Part shown: one piece after another, positions 51,251 to 64,000 of the stretch
How the letters are laid out: each line of letters starts with the position of its first letter
Position numbering within the stretch: the stretch's first letter is position 1
Origin: Octopus bimaculoides
Taxonomy: Eukaryota
Direction of reading: 5' to 3'
Assembly: GCF_001194135.2 (NCBI RefSeq)
Contig: NC_068981.1
Coordinates: forward strand, 80,146,370-80,210,369
Length of the DNA: 64,000 bases
The notes under the pieces: model-generated
Seen by the model: only the letters and a program-made list of their open reading frames with translations
Databases searched by the model: none
What the model was told of the DNA's origin: nothing
Translations under genes and position numbers: made by a program

Positions 51251-51502
51251 GCCTTTACCTCTGCATGATTTCTATCTGTTTTGGTGTGTCCTCTTTATTA
51301 ATCTGGTTTACTATAATTCATACAAGTTATAAAACAAAGTTATATTTTTCCATTACCTGTTTGCACTACACCTTGTGATCCAGAGAGGCTGGAAGCCATC
51401 TTATTTTAACTAATGCAGGTCATTCATCATTGTGTTCTATGTTTGCTGCAGGGTTTTTTATTTTAAGAAGTATCTAGTGGTTGTTTATTTTCATTACATA
51501 GA

Positions 51503-51663
51503 GAGTGGCATGGCTATGTTTAAGAAGTTTGCTTCCTAACCGTGTGGTTTAAGGTTCAGTCCTACTGTGTGGTACCTTGGGCAAGTGTCTTCTATTGTAT
51601 CTCCAGGCCAACTAAAATGTTGTGGGTGTATTTGGCAAAAAAGCCCATCATATATGTGTGTGT

Positions 51664-51698
<35 letters not shown>

Positions 51699-51708
51699 NN
51701 NNNNNNNN

Positions 51709-51747
<39 letters not shown>

Positions 51748-51945
51748 TCTCCCACCATTTTTTGACAACTGGTGTTGGTTTGTCCCTATAACTAGCGGTT
51801 TGGCAAAAAGAGACCAATTGAGTTAGTACCAGGCTCTAAATTAAGTATTGAGGTGAATTTGTTTGATTCACGCCAGTGAATCAAACATTCAAGGAAGTGG
51901 CCCAGAATAGCTGCAACCTAATGACTGAAACGAGGGAAAAGATAA
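51503..51945 (+). mobile_element. SINE family A, full length (gap in internal GT tract)
   Basis: Head, core and tail. Confidence 0.85.
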
Positions 51946-52332
51946 AAGATTACATGTTTTGTCTCTATCTATTTTATATTGTTGATCATAATGTTTTGGT
52001 TTTTTTTTTTACCCTTTCTTTTATATCCATTTCATGTCTCACAGTCTTCATAGTTCTTTTCAAACTCATGCAAACTAGAACCCTTTTGCTACCATTTTAT
52101 TTGGTTGTTTATGTTTCTGAAGTATGTATTTTCTTTTTGGATTGATGAATTCATTCTAATTTGATATTTCAAACATAGTTATTTGCTGCTAATGATGGCC
52201 TTGTACCCAAACACTGGTTAATTCATATATAAGTTTCTGATTCTTTTATTTGATAAATATTTGGCCATCATGTGAGAGTCAACTATGTGGAAAAGCTGAA
52301 ATTTCTATATTTTCATTAAATGCATAAATTAA

Positions 52333-52393
<61 letters not shown>

Positions 52394-53204
52394 TCTTACC
52401 AAATTTATCTTTAGCCTGCTGTCATTACTAACACTTAATTTATCTTGTATTATTTGAATTTTATCTAGACTTCTTGATACGAAAAGTTTTTCTGTCATGT
52501 TAAGGTTATCAAATTGCTCTCCAGTGTGTTATATACCTTTATTGACAACTTTGATCAAGCAGACCTCTGATCCAAGATCATTTCAGCTGTGACCATCTCC
52601 GCTTGTTTTCAGATATAATATATCTAGAACTACATTATCCAATATATCTTTTCAAAACCAGTTGTGATTTGAGGGAGAGTTGATTGCTACTTTGTGTGGG
52701 GTGGCAATCAACAATATAGAAGTCTCTTTCTCTCATAATTGGTGTTTATGATTGAATTTCTTTCTTTAGTATGTTTAAACCTGTTTTCGTTTCTACAGAA
52801 TTCAAAAGGAACTTTATAGGTTTACTTTATCATTATGCCCCACACACTGTTTCAGCTATTGAATCATGTCTTTAAAAAGCTGTTACCTTGGTTACATTTA
52901 GTGTACAGTCATGTTTGTACAAAGTCTTAATTTTCTAGTTTATTCTGACATCTGTGGTGTTATACAGGTGGTAAGTAATTTTGTTCATTTTATTTTTATT
53001 TGAAATAATTACATATTTATCAACAGTTACATAGTGGTGGGGTACTTTAATTTGTTTAAACATTTTGTGTAACAAATATGTTTTTAACTTATGTAGTAGG
53101 TGAGAAATTAAAAAATTAAAGCTGCAAGTACAAAATGCTTAGTAAATAAAAAGTTACTGTGGTTTTCTTTATTGCCTTATAATCTTTTACTAACTTTGAT
53201 ATTG

Positions 53205-53568
53205 TACTTGTTTCAATCATTAGGTTGTGGTCATGCTGGGGCACCACTTCGAAGGGTTTTAGTTAAACAAATCAGTAATAATTTTTTTTTAAAGCCTGGT
53301 ACTTATTCTATTGCTTTCTTTTTTGCCAAGTCATAGGGATAATGCAATAAACAAACCAACAGTGGTTGTCAAGCAGTGGTGGGAGACAAAGACATACACA
53401 CGAATACATGACAGGCTTCTTTCAGTTTCTGTGTGCCAAATCCACTCACAAAGCTTTGATCAGACTAGGACTATAGTAAACACTTGCCCAAGTAGCCTTG
53501 CAGTGGGACTGAACCTAGAACCATGTAATTGAGAAGCAAACTTTTTATCACACTACACCTGCACCTAA
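53205..53568 (-). mobile_element. SINE family A, full length
   Basis: Head, core and tail. Confidence 0.85.
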
Positions 53569-54734
53569 TATTGAATTTTTAAAAATATTTTAAACAAGAT
53601 ATAAAAATAACCTTTGTAATATATAATCATTGAATAACTTTGAAGGAAAGTCATTGAGTGGGATTTTGATAATTTTGGTACATTCAAAGCAGCTGATCTT
53701 TCTCTTCTTTCTTTTCCATCTTCTGTAGTGATTTCTTAATTTCATTTATTTATTTTTTTTAAATGTTGTTAGAACTTTTCCAGCTGTTATGTATTGTTGT
53801 GCTGGTACTAATATGAAGCGGAAAAGCTTCACATGAACCAAGTCTATTGATTAGATATATAAAGAATCCAGTGAATCAAATCTTTGACCTGATTTCCATT
53901 CTCAGTTATAAATCATTTCACTTCAATCGTTTGAGTAAAGTATGAATATCACCTCATCACCTTCCCTGTCTTCTATACATTTCTGGTGGGAGGTGGTATT
54001 TTGTTCATCTGAGAAATCACTAATTCATCAGTTTATGTCAGATCCATTCATTAACAAACACCAAACTAAAATACAGATGTCTTCTTGCTAATCTCTATTT
54101 TTAAGCTATCTGTTTAATCGCTTTGTGTATGTCATTCTGAGATATACTTCATATTAAATGTACAGGAAACAATGTCGGTTAGATAGTATTAGTATTTTCA
54201 AGTCTTACTAGTGTTTATTTTATTATTATGTTAGGGAATGAAACATAAAAGCAAGTTTCAGTCTGTCTAATCTATTTAATCTAAACAGATATGCACACGC
54301 ACGCACGCACACATTTGAATGAAGTAAAACAAAACAGAAGAGTTTGTCATACATTTAGTTATGTCTTCTTATGTACATTTCATTAATAATGAATCAGTTA
54401 TACAAGGTAAATCAAAGTTTATTGCATTATCAAATCATCAGAGATTGCATTACATTCATGAATAATTCTTAGTATTTGTACTGGGCAGATTAATTTTAAC
54501 TTAATTTTTTAATACTTTTTGATGAGTGGCTAAATATTTTATTTCTGCTTTTGATTATTTTCATTATTCACCCTTTAACTTAAATAATATTTGACTTTTA
54601 TTATTGGGATATTTTCTTTTCCTCTTTTTCAATATCAAAAGCTTTTAATATTTTGTTATCCAAAAAATGTTTTTTTTTTAACTCTTAATATCTACAGGTA
54701 GTTATAACAATAAAAAATGTCTTATTCAGTTATT

Positions 54735-55082
54735 CATCATCATTTTATCGTTCAGTTTTCCATGCTCACATGGGTCAAATGGAATGTATTGAGGCAAATT
54801 TTCTTGACCAGATATATCTTCACAGAAATGAAGGACAATGCATGCATAACAGTGACATTTGTTCACATATATTACATGAAATCAAAGCAAGGAGATAGTA
54901 ACACACACATGCACACACACACAATAGGCTTCTTTCTGTTTTCGTCTACCAAATCCACTCACAAGGTTTTGGTTAGCTCAGGGCTATACTAGAAGGCACT
55001 TGCCCAAGATGCCTTGCGGTGGGACTAAACCTGAAACCATGCACTGGGAAGCAAACTTCTTATCATACAGCCACACCTGCTC
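54735..55082 (-). mobile_element. SINE family B
   Basis: A-type head with RTE-like tail, as in 37070-37495. Confidence 0.75.
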
Positions 55083-55529
55083 CTATTTTCCATGACATTT
55101 TATGATTAGTTTATAATAATTTAAATTGATTGAAATTTTATGCTTTTGCACATACTGTCCATATGTATCCATCTATAACCAGAGCAATCCTGAAAATGGG
55201 TCACCATCATCATCATCATCATCATGAGTGTTTTACATCCATTTTCCATATTGGTACGAGTTGGTCGGTTTGTCATAATTTGAGTCAATTCTTATTCAGT
55301 GTTAATGCTTTTCCTGATGGGATACATTTTTGCTTTGTTTTCTGTGGTTGGATGCAATCATTTTATGGAATGTTCTTGGTGTTTTTATTGCGGCATTAAC
55401 CGTGACAAGACTAAAAAAAATGGATTCTCTTTTTGATTCTTCGTGATCTGGCCTCATTTGCCTGATGTGTCCAAAAATTAAAAGAAAAAGAATTTGAAAT
55501 TGAAGAAGGAATTTATATTGCAGAAAAGT

Positions 55530-55693
55530 TGTGTGTGTGTGTGTAGAAAGGGCATAGTTGATATTAGAAAGGGCATCCAGCCGTACAAACCATACAAAAC
55601 AAACATTGAAACTTGACATTGTCTTTTGACCTGTTGGTTCCTTTCAAACTGTCTGACCCATTTCAGCATGGTATGCAAATGATAAATGATGAT
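55530..55693 (+). mobile_element. RTE-like/SINE B 3' tail
   Basis: AAGGGCATCCAGCCGTA..CCCATTTCAGCATGG..(GAT)n. Confidence 0.6.
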
Positions 55694-56599
55694 GACCTAC
55701 CTGTCTGCCTGCCTGCCTGCCTGTCTGTCTGTCTCTATCTATCTTCCTATATATATTTATATGTACGCACACTCACTCATGAGAGGGTTTATTGTTCTGT
55801 GTCTTAGAGAGGGAGGATTTTTCATGCACGCATGCACACACACAAACTAGCAGCTGAAGATAAGTTACCTTTATCAAAAGAACAAAACAAAACAAACATG
55901 AAATTGCCATGTTAACAGGATAAACAAACCTGTGTTAAGTTGAATACAGTGGATAACATTTCTCTCTCTCTTTCTCTCCATATATATATATATAATTATA
56001 TATATATATCAAGATAACTTATAATAGACAACTAAACAGTTTAGGCTTAGAGATAGAATTGTTTTTATTTGGTGAGACAAAATAATATTAAAAAAGAACC
56101 AACTTTATGTTCTGGGTTAAGAAAGTGAGTATTGTCATCTAAGCTTGATTTCAGCCCTTTTAGTTGTTTTAGGTTAATTTTTTTCATACAATAGCATTGT
56201 TTTAACTTTGGAATTGAGTCGCCATCATTTGATTGAAAAATCATTGAATGGATTAGCCTTGTTTTGATTATTCTCCACAATAATATGGGCAGCAAGTTGG
56301 AATTCTGAATTATTTCAGCGATCATTAACAAGAGCCATTTTGAAATGAAGGGGAATTAATTGGGCAGTTAAATTGCTACATTTGATGTTCAATATATATA
56401 TATAAAAACCTATTAAAGCAAGGTATGAGAACTAATGAGGGAAGAGAAGTAAGGAAATTGGTGCCTTAATTACTGACCAATCTAGTTCATTGATGTGGTT
56501 CTTGCGAGAAATAGCTAGCTTTTAGTGGCACACAATAACATTAGTGGGCCACTGGTATCTTGGTGGCCAGTTTTCTTATCATTGAACATCTTTAATGTT

Positions 56600-56638
<39 letters not shown>

Positions 56639-56798
56639 NNNNNNNNNNNNNNNNNNNNNNNNNNNNNNNNNNNNNNNNNNNNNNNNNNNNNNNNNNNNNN
56701 NNNNNNNNNNNNNNNNNNNNNNNNNNNNNNNNNNNNNNNNNNNNNNNNNNNNNNNNNNNNNNNNNTATACGTACAAGTATGTGCATACCTACATCTAC

Positions 56799-56928
56799 CT
56801 GTATATATAGGTGCATATCTGGGTACAGGACGTTGCAAACAAAACGAAGACAAAACAATAATAATAACCAGAGTACAGAAAACACACAGGCCACATAGAG
56901 AACATTTTTCTTCATCAGCTGCCCCCAT
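56799..56928 (-). CDS. Candidate first coding exon with a hydrophobic signal-anchor-like segment
   Basis: ATG..MGAADEEKCSLCGLCVFCTLVIIIVLSSFCLQRPVPRYAPIYT, donor ACAG|gtagat, CpG-retaining unique flank. Confidence 0.2.
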
Positions 56929-57088
56929 TCTAACACAGGCGTTTCGAAGAGTTAGGGCAAGACGCATCGTTAAAATGGCTCTTCCCACAGACCACAAATT
57001 AATTTGTATACACAAATTAAATTTGTACCATGGAGGAATGTAGTGGTGGACAGAAAACAAGACAGGAAAACAAATGGAAGAAAAGAAT

Positions 57089-57141
<53 letters not shown>

Positions 57142-57269
57142 ATGAATGAACATTAAGTCACAAACATGCATGTATATATGTGTGTATGTATAGACATGTA
57201 CACATACATAATTCTTCTTAATATGTATTTGTTTTATTTCATATCTCAATGTTCATATATTTCTTTACA

Positions 57270-57422
57270 CACATTGAGTGGTTGGCATTAGGAAGGGCAT
57301 CCAGCTGTAGAAATACTGCCAGATCAGACTGGAGCCTGGTGCAGCCTCCTGGCTTCCCAGACCCCAGTCGAACTGTCCAACCCATGCCAGCATGGAAAAC
57401 GGACGTTAAACGATGATGATGA
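57270..57422 (+). mobile_element. 5'-truncated RTE 3' end (family F)
   Basis: GTGGTTGGCATTAGGAAGGGCATCCAGCTGTAGAAA..(GAT)n. Confidence 0.9.
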
Positions 57423-58584
57423 CACACACACAGAATGAGAGAGAGGATGTGTGTGTGACTCTATGTAATATGTGTCTATTTAAAATAAATATTGTATGAA
57501 TGCATGATGACTAGATATATTCATGTTTTGCATGTGTACAAGCATTAATTGATTACAGTATTAATTTCTTTTCTTGATATGCATAGGTAAATAAATGTAT
57601 GGATAATAAACGATATACAATACATTGTTTAAAAAAAAACAGTTAACATGTTGTGCATGAGATGAACCATGCATCTTTTGGAAGATTTAACCTGGAATCA
57701 TAATCATTGTGTTCCTTTATAAGTAAGAACAAAAAACATTAATTTTAATAAAGCCTTGGAAAAATTATATTTAAAACATTTACATTTATATGCAGATAGA
57801 TTTTTTTTTTTTTGTTACTTCATTTATTTTTCTAAGGTGCACAAAGTTCTTTTCTCCACAATTTTGAACGTTTGCATATTTTGGAGTGTATGTTTGCTAT
57901 ACCCTGTCCCATGGTGAAAGAAAATTTATTGAGTATATACAGGTAGAACATGACTTTCCAGACATTGATGGACCAGAAACTCTTATAATTCACACTAATT
58001 TACAAGTAGGAACTTCAGGTTACTATGGCCACCAGACTAGTTGGTGGTTTTGTTTTACAGTACCTTGCACAATAGAGTATTGATAAACTTATAACACTTA
58101 TACTAATGTGCAGATACCTGTATTTCATTTCATTACTCAAATAAATTTAATATTTATCTAATTTAGAGGTGACCACACCTTGTTCAGAAAGATCAGTTAT
58201 CTGGAAAGGCTTTGGAACCAAATGCTCCAGAAAATCAGTGTTGTACTTGTGTTATATCTCTTGCAATTGTTTTGCTACATATGCAACTAGTACATACAGT
58301 TATATATCTTTTAGTTCACATAGGAATGTACACTGAATCATTTAGGCTCATTTCAGATAGACTGGTACTTAATCTGGGATGAGATTTATCGCTGATGTTT
58401 TACATCAAACAACTTTTCCATTTATCTTCACCTTAAACTGTTGATTTGCTAAATGCAATAGGTTAATTCAGACCTTCATAACTAAAGTTCAGAGACAGTT
58501 TCTTTCTCAGAGTTTCCATGTAGTTGTATACTGCTACCTACCATAGATGTCTATTGATGGACATCTGTTTGTGATTACATCTAT

Positions 58585-58814
58585 TCTTTTATTTGTTTCA
58601 GTCATTTGACTGCAACCATGCTGGAGCACCGCCTTTAGTCGAACAAATCAACCCCAGGACTTCTTCTTTGTAAGCCTAGTATTTATTCTATCAATCTCCT
58701 TTGCCGAACTGCTAAGTTATGGGGGCCATAAACACACCAACATCAGTTGTTGAGTGATGGTGGGGGGACAAACACAGACACATAAACATACATACATATA
58801 TATATATTTTTTTA

Positions 58815-58850
<36 letters not shown>

Positions 58851-58990
58851 NNNNNNNNNNNNNNNNNNNNNNNNNNNNNNNNNNNNNNNNNNNNNNNNNN
58901 NNNNNNNNNNNNNNNNNNNNNNNNNNNNNNNNNNNNNNNNNNNNNNNNNNNNNNNNNNNNNNNNNNNNGGTTGGGAAGCAAGCTTTTTAC
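58585..58990 (-). mobile_element. SINE family A spanning a gap
   Basis: Tail at 58585-58790; head remnant after the gap. Confidence 0.8.
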
Positions 58991-59084
58991 CACACAATCA
59001 CCAACAAAGTCCTTTTATTGTCATGATTTTATTACTACTATATTCATTGTGTTGTTTTGTATTATTGCATATTATCATCATCTT

Positions 59085-59320
59085 TGATATTTAGCTGGAA
59101 AAACTGCTTAGCAACATTTCTTCCAGCTCTTTACATTCTGAGTTCAAATACTACTGAGTCAACTTTATTTTATCAGCCCCATGAGGATGAAAGGCAAAGT
59201 ACTAATCATATACCTAGTGTGTGTGTGTGTGTGTGTGTGTGGCGGGGGTGTCAACGTAATTGACCAACCCCTTATATCCCTAAAATTGCTGGCTTTGTAC
59301 CAAAATTTTAAAGAATCATT
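59085..59320 (+). mobile_element. SINE family E with internal (GT)n
   Basis: Family E consensus. Confidence 0.7.
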
Positions 59321-60199
59321 ATTTGAGGTATATTTCAAGCCATTAAATTTGTGCACAATAATGAATTGATATTAGCACTAGTGGATTGAGTTTTCTGGTG
59401 ATCTATATTATGGTGGCTATCAAGGAATAAGATGCGTGTTTCTTTCTTAGATTTTTTTTTTTTTTGGTCTTGTCTTTGTTTTCCCTAGAAGTTTTCGATA
59501 AATGTGTTGCAGATTTTTACATGTTCTTTTATTTTCCACCAAATCAACTTTATTACTCATCTAGGTATTTTATTTCAAGAGGACTATCCCTAAACTATGT
59601 TTATATATACCTTATCTATATGCACTTGCTGTAGTGCAAAAAAGAAAAAAAGGAAATTCAAAGTATTCATCCTCTTCTTGTCTGTCTGAAATATTCTCCT
59701 TTGTTTTTCTACTCAATCGTTCTATTCTTTATATATTAAATTCTTTTCAGTGCCTTTTCTTTCTATAAATTTTATATTTATTGTTAGACTGTGAACACTC
59801 GAGACTTTATTAATAACTTAGCTTCAGAATATTCGAGTTTCTTGACTCCAAGCCTACCTCCTTGAACTCTTCTGATGGGCTTATAACACTCATGTGAAGA
59901 AACTTTTGGATATTTTGTACATGGATTTGAGTAATTAGAATGAAGAGTAAAACATCTTTAAATTCATCTCACTGATATTTTTTATTACTATACTAGCATA
60001 CCTGTGTTGTCAAAAATGCCAATAGTTTTATTAATGATAGAAACTGGTACATCAAAACTATGGGAGAAACCATTGATAAATGTCAGCAATTGAGTAAATA
60101 TATGTACATATGCAGAATTGAAACACTTGACCCATCAGATACTATTGTAGCATCTCGGTTGAAAATATTATCATCTGCATAATATATGAAACATCCACT

Positions 60200-60444
60200 T
60201 TTCTATGCTTCTAAGGAAGGTAATATTTCACCATGTTCAGACAGGTTTTCATGGAAGATTGGAAACAAAGAACTCCACTTGCATGACAGTGACACTTGCT
60301 TGCAACTATGATGTGTTATCAGGGAATGGAAACAGTAAAACAAACATGCATACATGCATTTATGTTTGTATATATATCATATATATATATATATATGTAT
60401 GTATATATATGTATATAGGTACATACACACACACATACATACAT

Positions 60445-60499
<55 letters not shown>

Positions 60500-60668
60500 T
60501 ATATATATATATATATGCACATATATATATATATATGCACACATACATACACACACACACATGAGTGATGGGCTTCTTTCAGTTTCAAAGTTTCCATTTT
60601 CTAAATCTATACACAGGTCTTTGGTCAGCCCTGGACTATTGTAGAAGACATGTGCCCAAGGTGCCTAT
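60200..60668 (-). mobile_element. SINE family B with a large (TA)/(CA) expansion
   Basis: Body as in 37070-37495; microsatellite at ~60350-60560. Confidence 0.7.
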
Positions 60669-60700
60669 CTGCACCTATATATATATGTACGTGTGTATAT

Positions 60701-60741
<41 letters not shown>

Positions 60742-60792
60742 CACATATAAATATACACACTTACATACACATGCACATTTGTATATACATCT

Positions 60793-60978
60793 AAGGTGGT
60801 GAGTTGACAGAATTGTTAGTATGCCAGACAAAATGCTTAGCAGCATTTCTTTCATCTTTATGTTCTGAATTCAATTTCCTCTGGGGTTGATAAGATAAGT
60901 ACCAATTGAGTGCTGAATGTAATCAACTAACCCCTCTGTACCAAAACTTCAAGCATTATGTCTATAGTAGAAAGGATA
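60793..60978 (+). mobile_element. SINE family E
   Basis: Family E consensus. Confidence 0.75.
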
Positions 60979-61203
60979 CTTATATATACATTTATGCATG
61001 TGCATACATGTGTGTGTGTCTGCATGCATGCGCATGTTTGTTTACATTTCTGAGAAAGCTAAGCTAAAATCAGTGTTTTCAACAACTTTGTATCATCCCT
61101 TTTTGAAGATGTGTGAAATAGGTTATCCTTTACCTGGAAAAGGAAATAAGCATTAGTATCATGAAGTGCAACTGTGGAAAAACAGACTTACACAAAAGAA
61201 AGA

Positions 61204-61235
<32 letters not shown>

Positions 61236-62039
61236 TACATGATTGGTAATATTTTGCAGACAGTGTTATCATTCAATTTCATATATATGTATGTGTGCGT
61301 GTGAAATTCATACATATAATTTATGATAAAAATTTGCAGTTTTATTTTGATTAAAATACCACCTACTTACGGCAAAGTAAAAACCTTTTACTGCAGTTCA
61401 CTTGTATTTGGCATTTCTTATTGTCACCCCACCCCTCCGTTTGTTGTTTTAGTTTTCTTCTACCAGCATGACCAACAAGACACACATTGTGTTTAATTAT
61501 ATGTAAGATTAACTACTGATGTACTGTTTTCAAAATCCTTTGACTCACTTATTAGTTTGCATTGGTGAAAATATTTTTTTCCCAATGCTATTTTGATTTA
61601 AATTTTCTTGTGGTGTGTACTCTCTTGTCACTTCCATGAATGAAGGTTCAGCAAAATATAACTTCATAGTGTTCCTAGTTCAATGTTTTGTCATGTCTTC
61701 AAGAGGATATGAAATCCACATCTGTCCCAGATCTGTAGAAAACTGACCATCACCTTTTGGTTGCCTGTGTGCAGTGTCAAGGTGAGGACTTCCAATTGCA
61801 TATTCTACCTGTCCATATCACCTCTTTCCCTATCACCGTTGGACTTGTGAAGAAAGTCCGATGGTATTGGCACTGGTGTCTTGATTTGCAGGACAGCTTC
61901 ATGATGAATATTGTTATAGAGGGGATGGTTTATGTAGAGCCAGTTTCCACTCTCTCATCCTTCAAACTTGTATAGGTCTGGTGCAATTAGTGCTTGGTAG
62001 TCATCATGATGCAGGATTTGTATGGCATTACCTTTTCTT

Positions 62040-62380
62040 ATAAAGGGTAAAGAGCCCCTTTGGTCATGAATGATCATAGGATTCCACCTAGAAAGTTCCC
62101 CTCCAGGGCACAAGTCCGGGTAAGGTTGTTTATGGAAGACCAGCAGTTGCCCATGCATACCAGCCTCCCCTCTCCATGCCACTAATGTTGTCCAAGAAAA
62201 AGGCAAAGGCTGATACAGCTTGGCACCAGTGATGTTGCTACCCATTTCTACAGATGAGTGAACGGGAGCAATATGAAATAAAGTGTCTTGCTCAAGAACA
62301 CAACTCCCGGTCTGGGAATCAAACTCACTACCTCATGATTGTGAGCCCTACATTCTAACCACCAAGCCATGCACCTTCAC
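62040..62380 (-). mobile_element. tRNA-derived SINE (family H) with a ..CTTTACCCTTT tail
   Basis: Head TGGCTTGGTGGTTAG..GAGTTTGATTCCCAGACCGGG, then TTGTGTTCTTGAGCAAGACACTT. Confidence 0.75.
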
Positions 62381-63669
62381 TACATTTCTTAGATGAACAG
62401 CTAAAGAGCTGAAAGGTCTCATCACCCCTGAGTCCATAGGGATGTCTGTGAGTGACCTCTTTTTGGAGGTAATTCTGTGATATACTAACTAACCCCTAAC
62501 TAAGATCCTGTTAGATGTTACATCTCTTACCCACTATTGTCCCCAGGTCAGAGCAGAAATGGGAACACTAATAGGTCAGAGATGGTTCCACACTCTTCAA
62601 AACCCTGGGACTCTTGAACTAGGGTCCCACTACTGGATGCTCTTTATAGTAAAACCCAGTATATTCAAAGTCCTACCTAGTAGTTTCAATAATATGAATA
62701 CGTTGTATATGTTTCTATTGTCTTTCTATTTTTGTGTGCTTTCATACTGTTTTGGATCTTCTTTAAATTGCACTTCTATGTTCATACATTCTGTCAGAGT
62801 TTTCTTGGTGTTCTTTTCCTGTTGCTCAATTCACTTCATTTAACACTAGCATAGAAAAGTTAAATGTAGAATGACATGTATAAATTGAAAACTAAATTTA
62901 TCATATATTTGCATCAGCAATACACTATATATAAGATAGAAAAATATCACTACATCTGAAATGTTGCATTTCAAAGAGACAAAGAGAGAGAGAGTGTGTG
63001 TGAGTGCATGCATGCATGTGTTCATGCATAACATGTATATATTAGAGTATTCGTGTATATAATGGTTTATATTTTGAATAATATATGTATATAGGTGTGT
63101 ATTTATTCTTACAGCTATATAGAGTGTTTGCATTACTTTTCCAGTGCTTTTTATTTAAATGTTGTAATATCAGAATGACATCAATGTATAATATCATGCA
63201 TAGAAAAGTGATTTCTTGAAGTACAATATTCTTTTGTTTATGTTTTATGTATGCAAAAGTTAAGTTGATTTTAAGCATTTCATTATGTTGTCAAAATATG
63301 TGTTGCTAGCCACAGATATTTCAGGTAAAAGTTTATACATTCACCTTAGATCATTACATTAAAACAGTTGTCTCTATTTGGGTGTAAAATGATGACAACG
63401 ATGATGATGTTTGTGTATGTGTGTATGTTTATATATGTAAGATGTATCATCATAACTGAATGTTCGTATCTATATGTGCTTGTATATGTGTGTATATATG
63501 CATTTGTGTGTGTGTGAGTGTGTGTATCATTTTTTTTATTAAAACTGCAAAAACATCACAGAAACTCATCCAGAGTTTCACATTCCTGTTCCCCAGACAG
63601 TTGTGATCAGGACTCTTGATCTACCCACAGTAGTCGAGTACATAAAAGACACCATTTTGATCTACCCAC

Positions 63670-63927
63670 AGTAGTCGAGTACATAAAAGACACCATTTTG
63701 AGCGTGGCCGTTGCCAGTACCGCCTGACTGGCCCTCGTGCAGGTGACACGTAAAAGCACCCACTACAATCTGAGTGGTTGGCGTTAGGAAGGGCATCCAG
63801 CTGTAGAAACTCTGCCAAATTAGATCGGAGCCTGGTGTTGCCATCTAGTTTCACCAGTCCTAAGTCAAATCGTCCAACCCATGCTAGCATGGAAAGCGGA
63901 CGTTAAACGATGATGATGATGATGATG
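63670..63927 (+). mobile_element. 5'-truncated RTE 3' end (family F)
   Basis: Full tail with CCATGCTAGCATGG and (GAT)n. Confidence 0.9.
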
Positions 63928-64000
63928 GTACTTGGAAACTTTTACGAAAATTAAAATGGGGATTAAATGAAAGAAATGATTTACGTGAATATCCTCACAA

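Noticed and set aside
57886-58300. Protein-like ORFs (VEHDFPDIDGPETL.., GDHTLFRKISYLERLW..)
   Set aside because: Equally open frames exist on the opposite strand, splice sites are mediocre, and no homology is recognised.

Overview
AT-rich, microsatellite-dense eukaryotic scaffold with ten N gaps. The repeat families look like those of Octopus (recalled from memory, not searched). The window is dominated by dead or non-autonomous mobile elements. Retroelements: several tRNA-derived SINE families and fragments of an RTE-clade LINE whose 3' tail is shared with one SINE family. DNA transposons: a near full-length hAT (Buster/Charlie-type) element with a perfect 8-bp TSD, Tc1 and mariner relics, and several MITEs. 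No intact protein-coding gene, tRNA, rRNA or CRISPR array can be supported. A few short splice-flanked open segments may be exons of a large-intron host gene, but strand and identity are unresolved. The most unusual structures are a Merlin-like MITE carrying telomere-type repeats, a fold-back mariner with a perfect hairpin at its junction, a 77-bp TSD-flanked insert in the hAT transposase, and rearranged RTE derivatives. I found no convincing new biological system. Family labels (A-I) are my own working names, and boundaries given without a TSD are approximate.
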